From positions 311,302,001-311,366,000 of the forward strand of contig OZ024743.1 in assembly GCA_964016885.1 (NCBI GenBank): a stretch of DNA of 64,000 bases, given 5' to 3'. Positions 54,299 through 64,000 of this stretch are shown one piece after another. Numbering within the stretch: position 1 is the stretch's first letter; the number at the start of each line of letters is the position of its first letter. A program made the translations under genes and the position numbers. This stretch comes from Eledone cirrhosa (Eukaryota). Below the pieces are notes generated by a model. It did not search any database. It saw only the letters and a program-made list of their open reading frames with translations, and was not told where the DNA came from.

Positions 54299-57200
54299 GA
54301 GGGTGTTAAAGTTTGCTTGAAGCATTGTGAAATGTGTAAATTAGCCATGTCAGCTCATTTCTCTCAGCCCGGTTGTTAAGTGGGGGTCTGAGGTTCTTAA
54401 TAACAAGTGCTTCCTTTATCCTTAAGGATCCGATGCTGCGTTCAGTCGCTAGGACTGTGACCAAGGGTCTGCCCTGTGGGTTTCCGCATTTAAGGATGTG
54501 TTTACGGAAGGAAGATGCGTTGGTGTTGACATGTTCCTTGATACGAACATGTAGGGGTCGGATGGTGCTACCTATGTAGAACTTGTTACATTTATCGCAT
54601 TGAATCTTATATACGACATAGGTGCGTAGGCAATCTGCCCCCCGTATCGGGCAGTTGCTGAGGGAACACGTCCCATCTGACTCGTCGGGTTTGTTGGAGA
54701 GGCATCTTCGGAGCAAAGGTCCTGTGTGGGCCAAATGTATGTCAAGTCCCTCCCTCCGTATGGCCCTGCGGATGGCGTTCGTGGTATATTCACTCAGGTG
54801 GGGGATTTTAAAGAAGCACCTGCTTTTACCTAAGTTTCTAGTGGGTGTCTGTCTATTGGGTCTGGGGTCTCTAATTCCGTTAATCAGTCGCTTGGGATAT
54901 CCATTAGACTTGAGTAGATTACGGAATTGCGTGGTATGGGTGAGACCACCCATCGGGTCGCTGCATCTATTAGTGATCCGTGTAAGTTCATTTAGGACAT
55001 AGCCTCTCTTAGCGTTGTTGGGGAGGGCTGAGTTGTAATGCACAAATAAGTCCTTGCACGCTGCCTTGCGGTAGAAGGTGGTGTTTATGTCTCCTTCTTC
55101 CGAGATGTTGATACGGAAGTCGAGGAGGGCGAGTGACCCGTCTTCTCCAGGGTGTTCGATGGTGAAATCGACGTGATGGTCAGTGTCGTTGAAGATTTGG
55201 TGAATTTCATTCACCATCTCCCGGGAAGAAGTGAGTATCAGTATGTCATCGACGTATCTGGAGTAGAAGGCGACGGCGTTGGGTTGGCAGGTGTTGAGTG
55301 CCTTGCGTTCCAGGTGGTCCATGTACGAGATCGCAAGTATGCCGGACAGACTAGAGCCCATAGGTAGCCCAGAGATCTGTTTGTACGTGTGGCCGAGGAA
55401 ATTGAAGAATGCATTATCCACAACGAAGGAGAGGAGTTGGTGGATGTCCGTGTGTGTGAGTCCGAAGCAGTGTAAGTTAGATGCTCGGACTCGTTCGGTC
55501 AACAGGTCGACGGCTGGGGATGCTGGTACGGAGGTATAAAGGGCGAACACATCAAGACTGAAGGCATATCCATTGTCCTTTCTGGTGTTGGGCGCCAGAT
55601 GGTGTAGTCGCTCCAAGACCTCCTTTGAGCTGCAGACGTGGGCTGGTAGTGTGTGTAGAATGGGTTTCAGTAGTGTGGAGAGCAGCCACGATATTTTGTA
55701 AAGTGGGCCCTCCACGCTAGAGACAATGGGCCTGATTTTCAAATCGGGTCCTTATTTATGGGTTTTCACCAGGTGGTAGAAGGTGGGTAGTTTGCTGTTT
55801 CGAGTCATTATGTTGTTTTTTACCTTCTTTGGCAGTTTTCGTTGGACACAGATGTTAGTCCATATGGTGTTAATGCCTTCCTCGATTAGAGTCGAGGAGG
55901 TCCCTGTGACTTTCAAGTAGAGGCTGTCGTCATTAAGATGTTGGAGAGCTAAGTTGTTGTAGGTCTCTCTCGAGATGACACAGAATTCTTTCCCCTTGTC
56001 AGAGGGAAGGTAAACAAGGTTCCTGGATCTTAGGTTGGTGAGAGTATTAAATTGTGCATTGGTGAGGTTGCGTTTATTGTGTGTGTGTGTGTGTTGGGAA
56101 AGGATGTTAGAGATAGAATGTTTCAACCTGAGTAGTTTAGTGTCAAGTTCGTGGTTGGTGGGTGGGGGGTGGAGTGGGTTGTCGTGGTGGTACGTGGGGA
56201 GTGCGGGGTGGGTTGTGGGGTTGTAATCGATCTCGGTGTTGTTTTGGATGGCGGTTAGCCATTTCAATTGATATGCTGTCCGACAGAAGTTGGTTTCGAT
56301 GTCGAGTTTCAGTCTATCATCGAGACGCTGTGTAATGATGAACTTGGGTCCGAGGCGCAGGAGTTCGAGTTCGTCGTTGGTGAGGGTACCGGTTAGGTCG
56401 GTGACGTGGTGTGAAGCATCGTTGGTAGGTAGATCGCTGTTGGGGGGTGTAGCGGAGGGTGTTGTATCGCTGTTGCCCCTGGTGTAGTTGTAGTCGGTCC
56501 GTCTGTGGGAGCAGATGTTGTCATTGTAGTATTTGTTTACAGTCCATTCGTATTTCCGTATAAGGCGCTGTTTATCGTATTTGACTCTGGTGTGGTAACA
56601 CTGATCGATAGCTTCGCATATTTTCTGGACCCGGTGGTCAGGGTTGAGGGATGGAGCTATACGATCTATGTGCTCGGAGAGCGTTTGTATATGGAGTCGC
56701 AGTTGATGGTGGTTATGTCGTAGTATTTTCTTGATAAACGTGCGTTGAATGTGGCGGATGGTGTTTTCGAAGGATGGTAATCGTAAACATTCGGGTAAAT
56801 GTATATTCCTGATGGTGGTTGGAATGATGTTGTTCTTTAGGCAGCGTTTTAAGAAGGTAATTTGGCAACCGAGTTTGGCACAATTCTCCGATAGTCTGAA
56901 TAGTTCCCTTATGGGTGCAAACAAGTCCTGGCTCAGGTGTAATGATAAGAGGGTGTTAAAGTTTGCTTGAAGCATTGTGAAATGTGTAAAATATGTAGTT
57001 TAGAAAGCCACAACAATGCAGATGGGAAATCTCGAGGTAAGAAGTGAGTGAGAAATAGGAGAAAAGTGAAAATGAAAATGAAAACAAAACAAAGGTAGAA
57101 GGGTTACCGTAGTGGAGATTTAATCCCAATATTTCGGGCTCACGCCCATCAACGGGGGAAAGTTCCAAAAGGGGGGGAACAGGCTAAGCCGGAGAAAGTT

Positions 57201-59031
57201 GTATTGTCGTTAAAACTTAGGAATGCCGTTATGGGGAAAATTCAAACGAGGGAAAGAATGCGCGAGCGCGTGATAGGCTGTGGCAAAAGCTACTGACCAA
57301 TTGGGTTAAATCAATAGGGTGCGCTAGCGTGTGAAAGCCGTAAAATATGTGTGTGTAAATATATATGTGTGTGTAACTGTGTGTGTATATGTGTATGTGT
57401 GTATGTATGTGAGTGTGTGTATGTGAAAGATAGTGGGCCGTAGAAGCTGGAAAACAAAGAGTGTGAAAGGTGGTAGGTTGTATAAACATGTGTGCGTGTA
57501 TAAATATAGATGTGTGTGTGTATGTGTATGGGTATACATATAAGTGCGTGTGTGTGAAAGATAGTAGGCCGTAGGGGCTGTTACTGGTCACTATGGTTAA
57601 ATTAGCCATGTCAGCTCATTTCTCTCAGCCCGGTTGTTAAGTGGGGGTCTTAGGTTCTTAATAACAAGTGCTTCCTTTATCCTTTAGGATCCGATGCTAC
57701 GTTCAGTCGCTAGGACTGTGACCAAGGGTCTGCCCTGTGGGTTTCCGCATTTAAGGATGTGTTTACGGAAGGAAGATGCGTTGGTGTTGACATGTTCCTT
57801 GATACGAACATGTAGGGGTCGGATGGTGCTACCTATGTAGAACTTGTTACATGTATCGCATTGAATCTTATATACGACATAGTTGCGTAGGCAATCTGCC
57901 CCCCGTATCGGGCAGTTGCTGAGGGAACACGTTCCATCTGACTCGTCGGGTTTGTTGGAGAGCATCTTCGGAGCGAAGGTCCACGAACGCCATCCGCAGG
58001 GCCATACGGAGGGAGGGACTTGACATACATTTGGCCCACACAGGACCTTTGCTCCGAAGATGCTTCTCAAACAAACCCGACGAGTCAGATGGGACGTGTT
58101 CCCTCAGCAACTACCCGGTACGGGGGGCAGATTGCCTACGCAACTATGTCGTATATAAGATTCAATGCGATAAATGTAACAAGTTCTACATAGGTAGCAC
58201 CATCCGACCCCTACATGTTCGTATCAAGGAACATGTCAACACCAACGCATCTTCCTTCCGTAAACACATCCTTAAATGCGGAAACCCACAGGGCAGACCC
58301 TTGGTCACAGTCCTAGCGACTGAACGCAGCATCGGATCCTTAAGGATAAAGGAAGCACTTGTTATTAAGAAACTCAGACCCCACTTAACAACCGGGCTGA
58401 GAGAAATGAGCTGACATGGCTAATTTAACCATAGTGACCAGTAACAGCCCCTACGGCCTACTATCTTTCACACACACGCACTTATATGTATACACATACA
58501 CACACACATCTATATTTATACACGCACACATGTTTATACAACCTACCACCTTTCACACTCTTTGTTTTCCAGCTTCTACGGCCCACTATCTTTCACACAC
58601 ACACACTCACATACATACACACATACACATATACACACATAGTTACACACACATATATATTTACACACACATATTTTACGGCTTTCACACGCTAGCGCAC
58701 CCTATTGATTTAACCCAATTGGTCAGTAGCTTTTGCCACAGCCTATCACGCGCTCGCGCATTCTTTCCCTCGTTTGAATTTTCCCCATAACGGCATTCCT
58801 AAGTTTTAACGACAATACAACTTTCTCCGGCTTAGCCTGTTCCCTCCCTTTTGAAACTTACCCCCGTTGATGGGCGTGAGCCCAAAATATTGGGATTAAA
58901 TCTCCACTACGGTAACCCTTCTACCTTTGTTTTGTTTTCATTTTCATTTTCACTTTTCTCCTATTTCTCACTCACTTCTTACCTCGAGATTTCCCATCTG
59001 CATTGTTGTGGCTTTCTAAACTACATATTTT
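54299..59031 (-). mobile_element. Nearly intact PLE (Nematis/Neptune-like) with upstream partial tandem copy and inverted arm
   Basis: Minus strand: truncated GIY-YIG plus pseudo-LTR (57982-56987), then the full ORF. 57983-59031 is the inverted arm. Confidence 0.95.
54306..56975 (-). pseudogene. PLE RT-GIY-YIG polyprotein of ~890 codons with a single nonsense codon
   Basis: ORFs 55752-56975 and 54306-55742 are in frame. TAA replaces the Q seen in VKTHKQGPDLKIRP of the 25-27 kb relative. SDKG, YVDD and YIG motifs are intact. Confidence 0.93.
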
Positions 59032-59049
59032 ATATATATATATATATAT

Positions 59050-59256
59050 GCAAAAGTTTTATTTAAAATTGTTGGGTTACAACGAGTAAATATTTTATAA
59101 CTGATATAAAAGCATTCAACAAGTTTTGGAGTATATTTACGATATTAAACAAATGGAAACTACATAATGAAACTACATAATGAAACTACATAATGAAACT
59201 ACATAATGAAATATATATGGTTTTATAAATGTAGTTTCCATTTGTTTAATATCGTA
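59050..59256. mobile_element. Mini fold-back of the 2580/9385 family terminus
   Basis: 59050-59165 resembles 2580-2695. 59203-59256 resembles 9331-9385. Confidence 0.75.
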
Positions 59257-59597
59257 TATATATATATATATATTTATATATGTATATGTATTTGTGTATG
59301 TGTGTACGTATGTGTGTATATTTGTGTGTATATATATATATGTATATTTGTATATGTGTGTATATGTATGTCTGTATATATATATGTATATATATATATA
59401 TATAACGAAGGAAATGTGGTAAGGAACCAGGTGGACCATAACGCACCAAAGTACTCAATACTTGAGGTAGTAGAGTGGGTAATAGGAACCAGTAAGACCC
59501 CGACAGCTGAGCTCAAGCCGTTTCGACGGCTAATTCTGGACGGCTAATTCTGGACCGTCGAAACGGCTTGAGCTCAGCTGTCGGGGTCTTACTGGTT

Positions 59598-59646
<49 letters not shown>

Positions 59647-59710
59647 GTGTGTGTATGTATATATTATATATGTGTATATATATATATGTGTGTATATGTG
59701 TATATATGTT

Positions 59711-59767
<57 letters not shown>

Positions 59768-59946
59768 GTGTGTGTATGTATATATTATATATGTGTATAT
59801 ATATATATGTGTATATGTGTATATATGTGTATATATGTGTATATATATGTATGTATGGTGTATGTGTGTATATATATGTGTGTGTATGTGTGTATATATG
59901 TATATGTGTGTATATGTGTGTTTGTGTGTGTATATATGTTTATGTG

Positions 59947-59980
<34 letters not shown>

Positions 59981-60694
59981 CAAATAAATTATCGAGAATC
60001 GGAATCTCGGCCCACGAAATAACGAAACAATCTTCGAAAAGTGTGGCAAAGTGCTCAATAGTTTGGATAAACCAGAGCTATAACTAACGTTTAAATACCC
60101 ACACACTGAGATAATGCTTAAAATCATTCGCACAACCGAAAAAACGACCAAGAAAATTCGGGTCAGACAAATAATAATATATATAAATGAAATATGTATA
60201 TATGTATGTGTGGATGTTTGTGGGTGCGCGCTAGTGTGTGAGTGGGTTTGTTTGTGAATGTGTCTGTTGATTTTTGGCATATAGTTGAATAGTTTAAGAG
60301 AAATTGGAGGATAATCGCGTGATATGCACTCAATATTTTGAATTTGTCTACAGAATTCTCTAGGCCTTTGTCACTTAGTAGAACCTTAAAGAATTTAGCT
60401 TTTAAAGAATCTCCCTTTCCTTTAAATCAATCAACCATGACTGACCCCCACTGATCTTATAGACACCTGTTAGCTTAAGAGAAACTTAAGAATAAGGAGT
60501 GGCACCCCCATCCTGAACTTGTTTATAGAATTCTTTCTGCCTTTGTTACTCTAAAAATAAACTATAGCTTTGAAGAATTATCTTTTAATGAATTCCCTTT
60601 TCTATCAACCAATGACCTACACCCATCCCACTCCCCACCCTCTCCTACCACTTGAAGAGACCTATAAATACCATACTTATTTTTTGAAACCCAT

Positions 60695-60741
60695 ATTCCT
60701 GATGATTTCTAAAGAATGAAACAGTTCTAGTCCTGTAGAAT
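60695..60741 (+). ncRNA. Type I hammerhead ribozyme
   Basis: attc-CTGATGA-t-ttct-aa-agaa-t-GAAA-cag..ctg-TA-gaat. Confidence 0.75.
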
Positions 60742-60827
60742 CTCATCTATATTAAAACCTATATATATATATATATATATAAATATATAGATAGATATAG
60801 ATATATATTTATATATATATATATATA

Positions 60828-61488
60828 TAAAGGACGTAAAATAAGAAAATATTTTTTTAAAAAAAATTTTTTACTTACTTAAATTTTCACTCCAACTAAT
60901 TAGTTTCTGCAATGGGATAAATTATATATATTTATCTCCAAATCACTGATTTGTCGAGCAAACTTGTCAAAAGCACTTCTAAAAAAATTTTTTTTGGGGT
61001 GTTAGTAGGCGTCAGTCATCTTACCATCCCATTCCTTCTAACTAGCCTCTGTGTCACGTGATTGATTCTTTAGAATCGGCCATTTGACTTGAAGCAGTGA
61101 GAATTTCGGTACATAGAATCCAGTCCTCGCAAGCTGTTCGATCTACCGAATTATTATTATTTTTATATGAGCCGCCAGTGTCCGCGCATTGCCTGGAGAC
61201 TTAACTGAGAATAGACTCCCTGATGACGCAATGAATTCTCGACAGTTGGATTACGTAACTGTCTTTATCCCATTGCAGAAACTAATTAGTTGGAGTGAAA
61301 ATTTAAGTAAGTAAAAAATTTTTTTTTAAATTTTTTTTAAAAAAATATTTTCTTATTTTACGTCCTTTATATTATTGTTCTGCATTCTCCTGCATTGAAC
61401 CACCTAGGTACTATGACATAACCTGTGTATTTGCTGGCATGGGCGTGCATCTGTGCGCTTATGTTAGTTGATATATTAAATTATCTAT

Positions 61489-61490
<2 letters not shown>
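60828..61490 (+). mobile_element. Non-coding HHR unit with inverted 5' arm (family of 13082-13965)
   Basis: HHR 61215-61296 reads actcc-CTGATGA-c-gcaatg..cattgc-a-GAAA-ctaattag-TT-ggagt. 60828-60921 is inverted at 61264-61370. Confidence 0.8.
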
Positions 61491-61548
<58 letters not shown>

Positions 61549-61553
<5 letters not shown>

Positions 61554-62346
61554 GGAAAAAATGAAACGAAATTTCATTTCCCACTCATAGTACGGCTGTT
61601 ACTTAAATATAAGTATGTACACGTACATACATATATGTATACAGACGTACAGTAGTATGTATATATATATACATACATGCACACATATATATATATGTAC
61701 GTATGGATTCACCGAACATTTATTATAATGCTTGGTGTGTTTGCAAACAAACATCCCGTATTAAGCCGTAGTGTCTAGCAACCATCGTTGCTCGTTTTTT
61801 CAACACTGACAAAGGAACGCTGTACTAGTTTCCAGCTTATTAGCTATCGTCCACAACGTATACCATCCTTCCAGATTGTTAAACGTATATACTTACCTTA
61901 TGCATATTAACGGCTAAGTAGCCCAATTTACATATCGAGTGGGTTAATCGGCCGGGTGCACCGAAAACGATAAACGGAAAAAATGAAACGAAATTTCATT
62001 TCCTACTCATAGTACGGCTGTTACTTAAATATAAGTATGTACACGTACATACATATATGTATACAGACGTAGAGTATTATGTGTATATATATAAATAGAT
62101 GCACACATATATATATGTACGTATGGATTCACCGAACATTTATTATAATGCTCGGTATGTTTGTAAACAAACATCCCGTATTAAGCGGTAGTGTCTAGCA
62201 ACCATCGTTGCTCGTTTGTTCAACACTTTCAAAGGAACGCTGTACTAGTTTCAAGCTTATTAGCTATCGTCAGCAACGTATACCTTCCTGCCAGATTGTA
62301 CGTCTGTATACATATATGTATGTACGTGTACATACTTATATTTAAG
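61549..62346 (-). mobile_element. Retrozyme-like head-to-tail repeat, 420 bp period (family of 23555-24326)
   Basis: HHR 62238-62278 reads cgttg-CTGACGA-t-agct-aata-agct-t-GAAA-ctag-TA-cagcg. The unit at 61818-61858 has a mutated core. Inverted end at 62298-62346. Confidence 0.8.
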
Positions 62347-64000
62347 CACTGCCAAGCCAGGGAATTTTGGAAATTGTCCATCGGTCCCGGGCCAAACGTC
62401 CTACCGAACAGACTGGATAATTCGTCTTCTTCCATGCCCAAAGCTTCTCCGAGAGCGTCGTCGCACTTGCTGCGCACCAACCCTCTATAGAATGTCGAGG
62501 TGGAGTCTCCACTGATTGCCGGATCCGCTTGCCAGAGGGCCGTGAGCGCCTGGGCACATTCAATGTGCCAGTCGCCCACTTTTGTCGGTTTTTGCTTGAC
62601 CCAGGATTGCAGCTCGGTGAGCGAGACGAGTCTCGGAAAGGCTCGCCTCACAAAAGGGGCCCACACCGGTTGACCGGTGAGGAATACCAGGAGGTACCGT
62701 AGCCTTAATGCGTGTTTACGCATCGTGAGCCATGGCATCCCCAGCCCTCCGTTTGAAGGGTGTTGACAGCAGATGGATCTTCTCACCTTAGGGGCCCACT
62801 TCTTCCAAAGGAATTTGAAGAGCGCGCGCTCCATTTTGGCGAGCGTTTTCGCTGGGCAAGGCACGACGGTCAAGCGGTAGTAGATGACGGACGCTATATA
62901 AATATTCGCCATCTCGTTCGACCTTGCAGGGATAGTTTGCACTCGGCCCACTTCTGGGCGAGTGCAAACACCCTGCCCGTTACCTCGTCCCAGTTTTTCT
63001 CCACCTGGAGGTCTGGTCCGAACCAGGCCCCGAGCAGCTTCACCGGTCCCTCCGTCAAGCGTCCGACGACGCCGTCTGAGGGCATCGGTTTGCCTCTCCA
63101 CGTTCCGAGTTGCAAACCGACGGACTTGTCCCGCTTCAGCTTGGCTCCAGTAAGGTGCCGATCTCCCCGATTTGCGAGGCGCTCGACGCCATTACTGTCA
63201 CGTCATCGGTGTAGGCCGACACCGCTTTCCGCAATCCCGGTTCCAAGGGGATGCCCTGTAACAGCTCCAACTTCCGCAGTAGTGGCTCGAGAGCCAACAC
63301 ATATAGAAGGGAGGAGAGAGGGCATCTCTGTCGGATTAATCGCGTGATTTGGAACGGCTCGGATAGGTAGCCGTTCACCTTGACCCTCGAACAGGTGTTG
63401 CTGCTGTGCATTTCAGCAATCTAGCCCCTGAAAACGGGTCCGAAGCTGCCGCCGCGAGCACCGCATCCAGGTACCGATGGTCGACCCTATCGAATGCTTT
63501 AAATTGATCCAAGTTGATCAGGGCCCCACCAAAGCCGGATTCATTCCCTACCCTCTCTACGATGTATCGCATGAGGTGGAAGTTGTCGTGTATGGACCTG
63601 GACGGGATTGCGCATGTCTGCGCTTCTCCCACCAGGTTCCCGACGACAAGCGCCAACACCTTGGCAAAAATCTTTAACACTGTATTTAACAGAGTTATGG
63701 GCCTGAAGTTATCTATGTTATCTATGTTCTCGCCCTTCCTCACTAGCGTGACTACGCCCTTGGTCACAGAACTGGGAATTCTCCCGTTCTGTTGCCAGTT
63801 GCAGTAGACCGCCTCGAGGAGATCGGAGAACAAGTCCGGCATCGCTACATAAAGTTTGTATGGTAGACCATCGAGACCCGGAGATTTGCGTTTGCCACAT
63901 CGGCTCAGCGCTTCCCCTATTTCAGCAGCTGAAATCGGCCTTTCGCAGGACTTCGCCTCCCCGTTTGAGAGCCATGGCAGACCGTCGAGGTATGGACCGA
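62346..64000 (-). mobile_element. Tx1/L1-clade LINE ORF2 reverse transcriptase, frameshifted; runs off the window end
   Basis: SPGLDGLPY, NFRPITLLN, LDQFKAFDRVDH.YL, RQRCPLS.LLYVLALEPL, AYTDD, FLW..GGLGMP. Confidence 0.9.

Overview
Eukaryotic, very AT-rich DNA saturated with microsatellites, with no convincing host exon. The tRNA-derived SINEs resemble those I recall from octopus, so a cephalopod source is likely, but that is inference. Most of the window is retroelement DNA. It holds Penelope-like elements (PLEs, RT plus GIY-YIG) of two types: Naiad-like (392-2365, 7243-9385, 9395-12465, 48118-52030, 52340-52760) and Nematis/Neptune-like (24911-28226 and a nearly intact copy at 54299-59031). 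There are also RTE, CRE-like, R4-like and Tx1/L1 LINE remnants, a mariner, a MITE, a non-autonomous Helitron-like element and SINEs. The main hidden structure is a set of at least a dozen sequence families of minimal type-I hammerhead ribozymes (HHR), found by eye. They sit in PLE pseudo-LTRs, in non-coding fold-back mini-elements and in 420-530 bp head-to-tail retrozyme-like units. Almost all are inserted in (TA)n tracts and nested inside one another. Notable details: a covarying extra domain inserted in helix II of one HHR group, a non-canonical CMGUUGA core shared by two diverged PLEs, and an identical 27-nt ORF-start tail ending those two PLEs. Most ORFs in the supplied track are microsatellite or antisense artefacts. 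Coordinates were read by eye and element ends are approximate.
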